From the IMG/VR virus record IMGVR_UViG_3300020578_000006, positions 124,001-188,000 of that record: a DNA stretch of 64,000 bases; one strand, given 5' to 3'. Positions 1-9,144 of the stretch are shown one piece after another (the first letter of the stretch is position 1; each line of letters opens with the position of its first letter). The position numbers and the translations under genes were made by a program. The notes under the pieces were generated by a model. That model was not told the DNA's origin. It made no database searches and saw only the letters and a list, made by a program, of their open reading frames with translations.

Positions 1-1
1 A

Positions 2-403
2 GCTGTAATATACTCCGTTTACCGTAAAATAAGAATATCTTGGTATAGTATAAATTCCTACTGGAAGCGAAGACGGGGCCGATGCTTTAAAGCTTAATAT
101 ACTAGACTGTGCACCTACCGGGTTATAGTTTAATGCCTTAACAATCTTGTTCATATTTTCATATAACTGAGATTGAGAGAACTGACTCTCACTACCTGTC
201 TTGTTCAAGTAAAATAATAAAACGTGATAACTGTAGGCTATAATATCTAGCAAACTATTAAAATTACTTCCTTCAAAAATTTGATCAGTAAACACCCCGC
301 CTTGAGAAAGACGGGATTGCATTAATGTTTTTAAAGATGTAGCATCGAATGCTGCATACGCATTAAACGGCAAGTTAAACTGATTGCTAGTCGTATTGTT
401 CAT
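2..403 (-). CDS. gp6: Baseplate wedge subunit gp6, N-terminal part (runs off the window start; not in the ORF track)
   Basis: Manual translation from ATG at 403 (TAATG overlap with the gp25 stop): MNNTTSNQFNLPFNAYAAFDATSLK...FTDQIFEGSNFNSLLDIIAYSYHVLLFYLN...SE, matching the gp6 N-terminal FEGSN/LLD-LAY motif; follows gp25 as in T4-like phages. Confidence 0.85.
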   Translation of the reverse strand, partial: MNNTTSNQFNLPFNAYAAFDATSLKTLMQSRLSQGGVFTDQIFEGSNFNSLLDIIAYSYHVLLFYLNKTGSESQFSQSQLYENMNKIVKALNYNPVGAQSSILSFKASAPSSLPVGIYTIPRYSYFTVNGVYYS

Positions 404-870
404 TAGTTAAAGTAGTATCCTGACTCAGATAAAACACCCTTTAAGGATACTCCTGTAATATTTAACGTCGGAACATTAATTATCATTATAATATTGTATT
501 GATTATTATCATTATCTAGCTGTATGTTAAGCTTTTGTAGTTGTATTCTAGGTTCAAATTTTTGTATTCCTTTAAGAATAGCCTCTCCTATAATTTGGCC
601 TTGTGTCTCTGAAACAGGTGTGAATAGATATTGTGTTAAATTTAAGCCATATAAAGGTGTAAGAATTTTTTGGCCAGGCATTGTTGTAAATAGATTAAAG
701 AGACTATTCTTTACCGCGCCTATATCTTCTGAAATTTGAATATCTTTTATCTCTCTGCGCTTTAAGAGTTGAGTATTCTTTGTGTAAGCGACTTTAAGAT
801 CTAATAGTAAATCCTTGTAAATAGGTGAAGATAATGGTGCGGAAATAGTATTTAAAACTATGGCTGCCAT
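403..870 (-). CDS. gp25: Baseplate wedge subunit gp25
   Basis: EDIGAVKNSLFNLFTTMPGQKILTPLYG...IQKFEPRI gp25 signature; start moved from 1059 to ATG 870, 5 nt after a TATAAATA box. Confidence 0.9.
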   Translation of the reverse strand: MAAIVLNTISAPLSSPIYKDLLLDLKVAYTKNTQLLKRREIKDIQISEDIGAVKNSLFNLFTTMPGQKILTPLYGLNLTQYLFTPVSETQGQIIGEAILKGIQKFEPRIQLQKLNIQLDNDNNQYNIIMIINVPTLNITGVSLKGVLSESGYYFN

Positions 871-875
871 AGTAT

Positions 876-883
876 TATTTATA
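876..883 (-). promoter_or_regulatory. T4-type late promoter TATAAATA (gp25)
   Basis: Exact TATAAATA, 5 nt before ATG 870. Confidence 0.8.
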
Positions 884-905
884 CGGGGATATTTGTTCCT
901 TGAAA

Positions 906-913
906 CATAAATA
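906..913 (+). promoter_or_regulatory. Late promoter CATAAATA
   Basis: 5 nt before ATG 919; divergent from the gp25 promoter. Confidence 0.7.
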
Positions 914-918
914 TAGAT

Positions 919-1521
919 ATGAATAAATTTACCGCTATCTACGAGTCTGCCATTCAACGCTACACTCGAGGTGGTTTTTTGACAGGAGATTTGGTAAAAT
1001 TTACAGAAAATGCATTTCGTGATGATTTCTTTAAAAAACAAGCGCCTAACTACATTCAAAAGGCTAAATCATTTAGCGAAAGCGGTTTAAACATAAGAGT
1101 TAGTGCTATAAAAGCAATAAGACCTACTATGCATTCTGGAAACATACAGAATGAAGCGGAATCATTTTTGGTGGATATAGTACAAGAGGTTGCACCTGGT
1201 TTATACAGAGAATTCATAACAGTACCTGCCCACGTTCTACAGCCTATCGATACCGGTATTAATCTAGCCCCAGTTCCAGATAGTCTAAAAAGACCCAATG
1301 ATACTTCTATCACACCTCACCCTGTTAGCTTGAAAGATGAAAACGAACTAATGCTTTCCCCTCACCGTCAAACACAAACAAGTGATATGGGCAACCACAA
1401 GGACTCAGAAGGTGATCGTAAGCTTAATAATGTAAATGTAAAAATACCTAGTTCACCGGCTAAAGGTGAGAACAGCCCAAGTGTAGAGAGCGGCACCCAC
1501 AGGTATCTTCCTAAGCGTTAA
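919..1521 (+). CDS. Hypothetical late protein, putative head-packaged (N-terminus MNKFTAIYE)
   Basis: 200-aa ORF with late promoter and an I-x-E site near the N-terminus. Confidence 0.6.
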   Translation: MNKFTAIYESAIQRYTRGGFLTGDLVKFTENAFRDDFFKKQAPNYIQKAKSFSESGLNIRVSAIKAIRPTMHSGNIQNEAESFLVDIVQEVAPGLYREFITVPAHVLQPIDTGINLAPVPDSLKRPNDTSITPHPVSLKDENELMLSPHRQTQTSDMGNHKDSEGDRKLNNVNVKIPSSPAKGENSPSVESGTHRYLPKR

Positions 1522-2443
1522 TTTCAGTTAACGCCAATACAAGACAATAAAAATTAATTTCTTGATCAACAACAAACGCGGATCTATACATATATTCCCC
1601 AATAGTTATCAACCATAGTTTCTTTTGTTGTTCGGATAATGAATAGTTACCCTCACAAACATTATCAAATAACGACTTCATAAGTAGACTGTAATCCCCG
1701 TGAAACGTCTCCTCATTTTCTATAACATGTTTTCTTGCATTAAATACTTTTTTACTAACAATAAACGTTATTAGTTTTATAATAAAGTCGTCCTTTACAT
1801 CAAGGGACGGTATAGTTAATATCCCTATAGTACTAAATTTTTGCAATTCATTAATACACTTTCGTATATCTGGAAAATATTTTCTAATTAACCCAATTAA
1901 CTTAACTTTATTTTCTTCATCAACTTTAATATTCTCAGCCTTTAGAATAGTATAACAACGCTTTACAACCTCTTGTAAGTTAGGCTCTAAATCTATAAAC
2001 TGGCACCTACTTTGAAGAGGTGCAATAACTTTGTGTTTGTAATTGCACGTTAAAATAAATCTACAGTGGCCGGCATATTCTTCCAATACATTTCTTAAGG
2101 AACGTTGCGCTTCAATTGAAGCCATTCCATCTATTTCATCTAGCAATACTATTTTTTTCTTACCGTTAAAACTCTTAGTTCTACTAAAACTAGTTATATC
2201 ATTTCTTACCGCGTCTATGCCTACTTCAGAGCAATTTTGATAGATGTATTCAGCCTCTAGTGTGTTAATAAGAACTTTTGATGTAGTTGTTTTGCCTATT
2301 CCTTGATGACCGCAGAACATTAAGTTAGGTATTTCATCATTCTTAATAAAAGATGTTAGTATTTTTCTAGTTTCTGAAGACAGTATAACCTCGTCTATAG
2401 TTTTAGGTCTGTATTTTTCAACCCAAAATTTATCTACATCCAT
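1511..2443 (-). CDS. gp44: Clamp loader ATPase subunit gp44 (RFC-like AAA+)
   Basis: WVEKYRP, GHQGIGKT Walker A, LLDEID Walker B, LQSRC; start set at MDVDK (2443), directly after the dUTPase stop. Confidence 0.93.
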   Translation of the reverse strand: MDVDKFWVEKYRPKTIDEVILSSETRKILTSFIKNDEIPNLMFCGHQGIGKTTTSKVLINTLEAEYIYQNCSEVGIDAVRNDITSFSRTKSFNGKKKIVLLDEIDGMASIEAQRSLRNVLEEYAGHCRFILTCNYKHKVIAPLQSRCQFIDLEPNLQEVVKRCYTILKAENIKVDEENKVKLIGLIRKYFPDIRKCINELQKFSTIGILTIPSLDVKDDFIIKLITFIVSKKVFNARKHVIENEETFHGDYSLLMKSLFDNVCEGNYSLSEQQKKLWLITIGEYMYRSAFVVDQEINFYCLVLALTEINA

Positions 2444-2444
2444 T

Positions 2445-2891
2445 TTATTTACCGCTACTTCCGAAGCCTTTTTCACCTCTGTCAGTTTGTTCTACTTGAC
2501 CCCACCCCACAACCATGTGAATATTATAATGAACGATTAATTGTGCAATTCTATCGCCTTTCTTCACTTCATATTGCTCTTGACGATGATTGTAAAGTAA
2601 TACCCCAAGATCTCCTCTGTAATTTTGATCTATGATCCCGGGGTGAGCTAAAATACCACTCTTAAAGCTAAGACCGGATCTAGATCCCACTTGCAACCAG
2701 TAGCCTGGCTCTAGATAGGCAAGTTTTAAACCAACTGGCACGACTGCTTGACCAAGCCCCGGTATAACCGTATTTTCTACCGCTGCTAAATCCCACCCAG
2801 AGTCAGTATCAAAGTTCTTTTTTGGTAATTGGGCATCTGGGTGAGTCTTTTCAAATTTAATAGCAGGTAAATAAGGTGGTAATGACGACAT
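2445..2891 (-). CDS. dut: Trimeric dUTPase
   Basis: SGWDL, GSRSGL, GIIDQNYRG, RIAQLI and RGEKGFGSSG motifs I-V. Confidence 0.96.
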   Translation of the reverse strand: MSSLPPYLPAIKFEKTHPDAQLPKKNFDTDSGWDLAAVENTVIPGLGQAVVPVGLKLAYLEPGYWLQVGSRSGLSFKSGILAHPGIIDQNYRGDLGVLLYNHRQEQYEVKKGDRIAQLIVHYNIHMVVGWGQVEQTDRGEKGFGSSGK

Positions 2892-2897
2892 ACCTAA

Positions 2898-2925
2898 ATT
2901 ATAAGGTATGGTATAATATTTTCAA
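2898..2925 (-). promoter_or_regulatory. Sigma70-type promoter TTGAAA-N16-TATAAT (dut)
   Basis: 6 nt before ATG 2891. Confidence 0.75.
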
Positions 2926-2927
2926 CG

Positions 2928-2935
2928 TATAAATA
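2928..2935 (+). promoter_or_regulatory. Late promoter TATAAATA
   Basis: 4 nt before ATG 2940. Confidence 0.8.
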
Positions 2936-2939
2936 TAGA

Positions 2940-3440
2940 ATGGAAGATAATGAATTTAGCGTTAATGACCTTATTAAAGAGCTTAATATAAACACTAAGG
3001 AGAATAAGGATAAGCTTAATAATGAAGAGTTTAATTTACCAAAGGACAAACTAGAAGACTTTGTATTGAGTAGTACTGGGAAGCTCGTTACACAAGGGCT
3101 TGATATTGTCGAAGGGGTAAAGGAATATGTTATGAACAACCCGGAAAGCCGAGAAGTTCAAGCATTAGCAGAGGCATTAAAGGCCGTAGCTAGTGCCTTG
3201 TCGGTTGTTAAGGATATTCACATTACACAGGTAAGAAGAGAAAGTGCAAAGGAATTAAAAACCATGGAAATAGAGGCTAGAAAAGAAATTAAACAGGAAG
3301 AAAATACAACCAAACTTTACATTACACGGGATGAGATTTTTAGGAAAATAATGGAAGATGCAAAGACTATAGAAGCAGAAGCCATTAATATCAATACAGC
3401 TACGCCTTCAGCACTCCCTGAGAAGTCAGAGAACTCGTAA
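2940..3440 (+). CDS. Probable terminase small subunit (gp16-like)
   Basis: Helical LVTQGLDIVEGVKEY...SREVQALAEALKAVAS segment resembles the gp16 core (ESEHPRAYEVAGQLIKTVA type); size and late promoter fit. Confidence 0.5.
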   Translation: MEDNEFSVNDLIKELNINTKENKDKLNNEEFNLPKDKLEDFVLSSTGKLVTQGLDIVEGVKEYVMNNPESREVQALAEALKAVASALSVVKDIHITQVRRESAKELKTMEIEARKEIKQEENTTKLYITRDEIFRKIMEDAKTIEAEAININTATPSALPEKSENS

Positions 3441-4242
3441 CATCTTTTAACTGATTAAACAATAAATCTTGATTTAATTTGTTACCTTCTACGTCAACAG
3501 TAATGTTTACATTAGGAACAAACTGTAAATTATTAGAAGATGATCTAGGATTATAGTTTATGTAATACAAAATTACATTGTAAAGCTCTTTAAATTCTCC
3601 TTGTATTTTTTGTTGTATAGTGGGAGCAAGTTGTTTCATTCTTTTGAAATGCTCTGTATCAGGTATAAGGTTTTCCCCTTGAGCTTTAGTATTACTTTCT
3701 ACTTTGTTCTGAATGCTTTGAATGTTTTTTCTAAACACTAGATTAGTTTTTTTACTTAATTCAGAGTGTAAAAGTAAAGTGGCTGGGCTTATCTTATTTG
3801 ATAAAGTAGCACCATATCTAAAAGGCGAGAGAACAGATTCGCTATTAATATCACTAACAAGTTGTAATGAATCATCGAGATAGTTTTCTATTCTTGCTAA
3901 GCTTCCCATACAATCACTAAAGGATTTGTAGAATGTACCTTCACCTATTTTTATTCTTACTTGATTTTTTACTTCATCTATCGCGGTATCAAAAGTTTTT
4001 ATCCAATTAGCTGCAAATTGAGGAGACATTTTTTTCATCTGACCATCTAAATCTGCAAAAAAATCTCTTTGCGCCGTAATTACATCGTTTTGAACTTTAG
4101 TTAAATTATATTTTATACCAGTTTCTAATTCTTTAGAATAACTTTGAATAGTAGATAAAAAGTTACTTGCTTTGTTGTAAAATTCTTTTTTGTAAAAAAG
4201 ATTAATTTTGGTGAGAAACGGATCGATTGTTTGATTATTCAT
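3400..4242 (-). CDS. Hypothetical baseplate-operon protein
   Basis: 280-aa ORF coupled (ATGA overlap) to the upstream baseplate genes. Confidence 0.55.
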   Translation of the reverse strand: MNNQTIDPFLTKINLFYKKEFYNKASNFLSTIQSYSKELETGIKYNLTKVQNDVITAQRDFFADLDGQMKKMSPQFAANWIKTFDTAIDEVKNQVRIKIGEGTFYKSFSDCMGSLARIENYLDDSLQLVSDINSESVLSPFRYGATLSNKISPATLLLHSELSKKTNLVFRKNIQSIQNKVESNTKAQGENLIPDTEHFKRMKQLAPTIQQKIQGEFKELYNVILYYINYNPRSSSNNLQFVPNVNITVDVEGNKLNQDLLFNQLKDVTSSLTSQGVLKA

Positions 4243-5747
4243 ATGGATTGTTGAGTGTTATTTGATTTGTCGTGTGTATAGGTTTTAACACCTATAATAT
4301 TATTGTAGTAACTACCTGAGGCAAACACATGTTCAACCGTTGTTGTCAAATACATACCTAACGATTTATTATCAAACTTATTGTCTGGGTAATTATCCCC
4401 TCTTGAAATTGTAAAAAATCTTCCTGGAGATCTTGCAACATTGCCTCTACATTTAAAAGATATAGCACTATTTAAAAACAAACTAGATATTAAAAATCTA
4501 TTTCTACCAGAATTAAGCCGTGCGTTAGAGTCTCTATTTGGATTAAATTTATTTACTACCACTTTCTTATCCATAAAAGTTTGATTCATAGGCAAATTCA
4601 TACTCGGTGAGCTATTTAAACCCCCTTTTTGAGTTCTAACAAAAAATTGCTTGTAAATTTGAAGATTTTTTTCAATATTATTTTCTTTAATATCTAAGCT
4701 AAAGGTTTTTTTGTTAACATCATATCCATGCACAATATGAGAAGTTAAATTATTAACTACGTCTGTGGGTGAGGGATCAACAAACTGAAAATTATCAACC
4801 GTAACATAATCAGGCATATCCAAAGAAAAAGGAGAGATAGGGGATCTTCTAATTTTATCTAAAGAAGAAGAACCGGCAGTCATTCTTCCTATTATAAACT
4901 GCTCGGTTAAAAGTGGCCCGCCAAGGTTACTTTCACCTAAATAACTATTTTTAAAAAATTCAGTAATTGGCACTAATGACCATTTATCTCTATCTTTCAT
5001 GAGTAGTGAAGGTGCATACTGATTAGACGCATCACTAACATGGTTGTCGAGCAAATAATGTAAATCATCTATTGCTTTATATTGAGCCGGGCTACTGTAA
5101 AATATCTTGGTTCCTCCTTTATCCCATTTACTTTCTTTGAATTGTAAGTTATAGTCTACTAAAGTAGTTTCAAGGAGCTTTTTTATTGCTTCACCTGTAT
5201 ACATACTACGTTCTTCATTCCCAGTACCTTTAGAGAATTTTCCTGTACTGAAATACGAGCTTTTTTCTTTAAGCATAAAATATGCATAGTCATGAAAATA
5301 TAGCTTTTTTAATTTAGAATTGTTATCGTAAATCAATTCCTCATAGTCATAAACTGAAAATACATAATTTAAGGATAGATCCGTGACCTTATTAGGTAAT
5401 TCATTTTCTATAGAAGGCTGAATACTAACAAGTAAAAAATCTCTTCCATCTCCTCTAAAATTATAACTGTTAAAATTGTTACTTACAGAACCATCTAAAT
5501 CGTTACCAAGGCTGTTAAATCCCTCTAGGGTATTAAGATCATTATTAAAAACTATATGACCTTCTGCATAAAAATTTGTCATTCTTTCTACAATTCTAAA
5601 ATCTGAGATAGCAGAAAAATTTATACGAACCATATCTCCATTTGTATTGAACAGTGTTACGTTAAATTTATAACGGTTATCTGTAATAGTTACTATAGAG
5701 GAATTTTCATTATCGATTCCTAAATTTTGAATTAGTGGGTTAATCAT
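4239..5747 (-). CDS. Putative baseplate hub protein (gp27/VgrG-like)
   Basis: 502 aa, after gp53; C-terminal FKCRGNVARSPGRFF...GMYLTTTVEHVF resembles hub beta-barrel ends. Confidence 0.5.
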   Translation of the reverse strand: MINPLIQNLGIDNENSSIVTITDNRYKFNVTLFNTNGDMVRINFSAISDFRIVERMTNFYAEGHIVFNNDLNTLEGFNSLGNDLDGSVSNNFNSYNFRGDGRDFLLVSIQPSIENELPNKVTDLSLNYVFSVYDYEELIYDNNSKLKKLYFHDYAYFMLKEKSSYFSTGKFSKGTGNEERSMYTGEAIKKLLETTLVDYNLQFKESKWDKGGTKIFYSSPAQYKAIDDLHYLLDNHVSDASNQYAPSLLMKDRDKWSLVPITEFFKNSYLGESNLGGPLLTEQFIIGRMTAGSSSLDKIRRSPISPFSLDMPDYVTVDNFQFVDPSPTDVVNNLTSHIVHGYDVNKKTFSLDIKENNIEKNLQIYKQFFVRTQKGGLNSSPSMNLPMNQTFMDKKVVVNKFNPNRDSNARLNSGRNRFLISSLFLNSAISFKCRGNVARSPGRFFTISRGDNYPDNKFDNKSLGMYLTTTVEHVFASGSYYNNIIGVKTYTHDKSNNTQQSI

Positions 5748-6139
5748 TTTTTAAGCTGTTGAGTGATATCGTCTAGTAATTGTGGAATAAATTTAGGCTT
5801 AATTATATTAATTTTAGATCCAGCAGCGGGAAACTGTATAGGGTTAATTATGTTATTGGCTAATACAATCAACCACCACAAATTCACAGTTTCATACTCA
5901 TCATAACTTATAACTGTCCATGGTACTGATTTAGTCAGAGTAATGGTATAAAAGGTACCAGCGGCTAAAGGAGTAGGAATGTGTATACTATTAAGAATAT
6001 TATAAAATAAAAAATTTTCTGTTTTATCTTCAGTTTCAACAGGGTACATTCTAAAAATATTCTCATACATATAGTTTGATATTTGAGGTAAAACCTCAAG
6101 ATCATTATGAAAAAATCCAATGGTAGATAAACCTATCAT
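5744..6139 (-). CDS. gp53: Baseplate wedge subunit gp53 (LysM-like)
   Basis: PWTVISYDEYETVNLWWLIVLANNIINP...GSKINI signature. Confidence 0.8.
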   Translation of the reverse strand: MIGLSTIGFFHNDLEVLPQISNYMYENIFRMYPVETEDKTENFLFYNILNSIHIPTPLAAGTFYTITLTKSVPWTVISYDEYETVNLWWLIVLANNIINPIQFPAAGSKINIIKPKFIPQLLDDITQQLKK

Positions 6140-7644
6140 TTAGGTGCAGCTCCCGGGGTACCATTAAATAAACCCAAATCTCTTAGTTCAGAGGAAACTC
6201 TATCTGTAAAGATGTCCGGGCTTAACGTATCAAGCATTGATTGCTGAATATTAGTTCCAAAAGACGCCAATGTACCTGCTTCATTAAACTGTCTTACGTT
6301 AGTCACAGAAATAACATTGTATTTGTCATAGAGCATAGAATATAAAAAGTTCTGAGATTCTCTGGTCAATGCTCTCAATCTAATAGTGACATCATACGCT
6401 TCTGGTATCTGTGTAACTATTTTTAAAAGACCAGAACCGTAAGGAACAGGAATTTCCATGGTTCTTACAGATCCTAAAAATGAAACTTTCATCTCTTCTA
6501 TGTAAGCATAAGGGTAATATCTAGTTCCAGGCATACTCACCTCATAAATTACCGGAGGATCAACTAGATCTCTACTTCTCCTGTTAGGTCTATTTTGATA
6601 CATTAGCATGAATAGTAATTGCCAATTCTTACAAACATCGTAGTAATTTGACCACCCGGTGTTAACAAGCGGGAAATTAAAGGATATAGCTTCACCAGTA
6701 TCCGTGCCAAAATCAAAAAATTTAGGTTTTTCTATATAAATGCCAGGTGCAGACATATCAGCATAGGCCCCGAAAGTAGTTGCAAGCTGAGGCAGGGTGT
6801 TAGAAAACATATCGTAAAGATCTCCCAATGGTCCAATAACTTGTTTTGGATCTATCATCGGGGTATTACTAAAAGAATTTTGAATATTATTCCAGTTATT
6901 AACAAAATAAGGAAACCTGTACATTATATTGGTGTCTTGAGTTAAATACAAGCCTTCATAAGCAAGAAGATACTTACTGGCTAAACTATCAACATCTAAG
7001 TTTATTCCAAAGCCTTTTTGAAGAAAATTTAATCCGAAATTTGCAATCCCTGTAATGCCTGATAATACCCCACTACCGCCTACAGCAGCCCCACCAAGCA
7101 TTCCACCTGCTCTCAAAACACCTGTTATTAACTCTGGTGCTGTAACAGCGGTAACAAGTCCCAGAGGACCGGCCCGGGAGACGAGCGCTCTAGCCGCAGG
7201 TGTAGCAGCTTCTGATAAAAACTTTCCTCCAAGCTTATCTACAGCGAAGGCACCCAGTAGTGAATCTGCTACTAACCCCATGAAAGGGTTAGCATCTTTT
7301 AGTCGTTGTAGGCCTGCTGCTGCATCTGCTGTAGAACCCTGCAATGCTAGACCGTAATATGCCGCTTGGGCAATAAACGCATTAGCCCTCAATCTCTTTT
7401 CTTTTAGTCTTATCTCCGGTATGTCTGTTCTGCCTCTTAAGGGGGTTGTTGTCCAGTTAAAATCATTAATAACGTCAAATAGTGAATAACTACTAATATT
7501 ATTTTTTATGTTACCGGCACCGCCTGTTGAAGTTTTTATAGCATAAGAGCTACCAGGTACTAGTCTTGGCGCTCCAGTACCGTTCCCTCTTATACCGGCC
7601 TGATAATTTTCAGAAAAGGAATAAAGTTGTGGTAATTGCTTCAT
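6136..7644 (-). CDS. Baseplate tail-tube cap (gp48-like) with Gly/Ala-rich insert
   Basis: C-terminal tube fold EKPKFF...ISFNFPL...DPPVIYEV...YPYAYIEEMKVSF; synteny with gp53 and gp54. Confidence 0.6.
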   Translation of the reverse strand: MKQLPQLYSFSENYQAGIRGNGTGAPRLVPGSSYAIKTSTGGAGNIKNNISSYSLFDVINDFNWTTTPLRGRTDIPEIRLKEKRLRANAFIAQAAYYGLALQGSTADAAAGLQRLKDANPFMGLVADSLLGAFAVDKLGGKFLSEAATPAARALVSRAGPLGLVTAVTAPELITGVLRAGGMLGGAAVGGSGVLSGITGIANFGLNFLQKGFGINLDVDSLASKYLLAYEGLYLTQDTNIMYRFPYFVNNWNNIQNSFSNTPMIDPKQVIGPLGDLYDMFSNTLPQLATTFGAYADMSAPGIYIEKPKFFDFGTDTGEAISFNFPLVNTGWSNYYDVCKNWQLLFMLMYQNRPNRRSRDLVDPPVIYEVSMPGTRYYPYAYIEEMKVSFLGSVRTMEIPVPYGSGLLKIVTQIPEAYDVTIRLRALTRESQNFLYSMLYDKYNVISVTNVRQFNEAGTLASFGTNIQQSMLDTLSPDIFTDRVSSELRDLGLFNGTPGAAPK

Positions 7645-9143
7645 ATAGTAAATCCTGGGTAAGAACCTCTAGTATTCTTTATATCAATTATATTGCTCCC
7701 TGTCTGGTTTCTAATTTCATTTTTATAGTTATTTATCATACCAGAATTAATGGTATTGGCACCATTACTTTTACCTGCAAGCTGGGTATTAATTGTCGAT
7801 CCTCCTTGAATCCCCGGTATCATAGCAGCTATTTGATCTACAGTACCCTTTACACCTTCCATAGATACTCTAATTTCTTTTAAAACCGTGGTAATAGATT
7901 TTACAACTGCGTCTAAATTAGTATTAATTGCTTTTAATGTTTGTTCTGAAGGAGATGTAATTTCAGCAGGGGCTTGAGTAATTGGAATATTAAATTTTGA
8001 TGCTAATCCTGGTAATGTAGGTTGTTGACTGACATTAAAAATGTTAGATGTGACTGCTCCGGTTTCATTAGCTTGACCTGCAAGACCCTGAGATGTCCCC
8101 GCAGAGGGTTGAGTTGGTAATTCTTTCTTTAACCCAGATAAATTTTTAAAATTATCTATCATAGCTTGAATTACATCTATTTCCCCATTCTTTAAATTTG
8201 CATTAAGAGGAAGACTGGTAGCCGCTTTAGGTTCATTACCTGGTAATACGGGTTGTTCAGGGGCAACAGTATTAGATTCTGAAGCAGGCAAAGTTAAGTT
8301 GTTAGCTTGAGAAATCTCTGGTTTAGGTTGTACAGTTTGATCTGTTACAGGTAAACTCTTAGAAGGCTCTTCAAACGCTTTGTGCATGGGATGTTCTAGT
8401 AAATTATCTACCATTTTATCTATATTCTTCTGTGCCGGTTTGTTGTCTTCTGCTATTTTTAATGGTTCTTTTTTAACTGGTTCCTCTACAATACTTGGTG
8501 GCTCAGCTAAATGAGCCGTTTCCATTTTTAATCTTTTATCCAAATCAGTTATATCAGGGACATCTAGCTTTTTAGGCTCTACAACTACCTGTGGGTTGTT
8601 TTGCTGTTCTATAGGCTTTTCTGCTTGTTTGGTTATTTGCTCTGGCTTTACTTCTACAGCTTCTTTGACTGGCTCTTTTACAGGTTCTACAATTTTTTCT
8701 ATTGTCTTTTCTCTTATTACTTCTGGTTTGTTGGGTTCTACAGGCTTAACAGGCTGTTCTGGTTTAGAGTTCTCTGTAATAGAGGTGGAAGTATTATTAT
8801 TGATGTCTGTGCTTAAAGGTATAGATTTAGCCGCGCTACTGGTTGTAATGTTTAATTCTGATTCTGCAGGTTCTTTTGATACGGGTGCCTGTGGGGTATC
8901 AGCAAGAGGGGGGTTAATTACCTCTTTAGCTCCCGCTTCATCTTTTCTAAGCGCTACATTTACCGGTTCAATTTTTTTAAATTGAACTTTGTTAGCTCTT
9001 TTCTTAAATGCAGTTTCAAACTGTTCTAATTCATCTATACTTACATCTTCTAAATCTTCTCTAGGTACACCATATAATTTAGAATACATATCTTTAAAAG
9101 ATGATTCTGCCTTTTGTAAATTGTCTACTGAATCGTTTTCCAT
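7641..9143 (-). CDS. Low-complexity Pro/Glu-rich baseplate-region protein (position of gp29/tape measure)
   Basis: 500-aa ORF immediately upstream of the gp48-like gene and coupled to it. Confidence 0.45.
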   Translation of the reverse strand: MENDSVDNLQKAESSFKDMYSKLYGVPREDLEDVSIDELEQFETAFKKRANKVQFKKIEPVNVALRKDEAGAKEVINPPLADTPQAPVSKEPAESELNITTSSAAKSIPLSTDINNNTSTSITENSKPEQPVKPVEPNKPEVIREKTIEKIVEPVKEPVKEAVEVKPEQITKQAEKPIEQQNNPQVVVEPKKLDVPDITDLDKRLKMETAHLAEPPSIVEEPVKKEPLKIAEDNKPAQKNIDKMVDNLLEHPMHKAFEEPSKSLPVTDQTVQPKPEISQANNLTLPASESNTVAPEQPVLPGNEPKAATSLPLNANLKNGEIDVIQAMIDNFKNLSGLKKELPTQPSAGTSQGLAGQANETGAVTSNIFNVSQQPTLPGLASKFNIPITQAPAEITSPSEQTLKAINTNLDAVVKSITTVLKEIRVSMEGVKGTVDQIAAMIPGIQGGSTINTQLAGKSNGANTINSGMINNYKNEIRNQTGSNIIDIKNTRGSYPGFTI

Positions 9144-9144
9144 A

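Noticed and set aside
524-2240. Track ORFs 524..739, 1056..1313 and 2043..2240
   Set aside because: Antisense shadows of gp25, the 919 gene and gp44; no promoter or protein features.
2894-3139. Track ORF 2894..3139 (-)
   Set aside because: Antisense to the gp16-like gene and overlaps the dut promoter; Ser/Leu-rich shadow.
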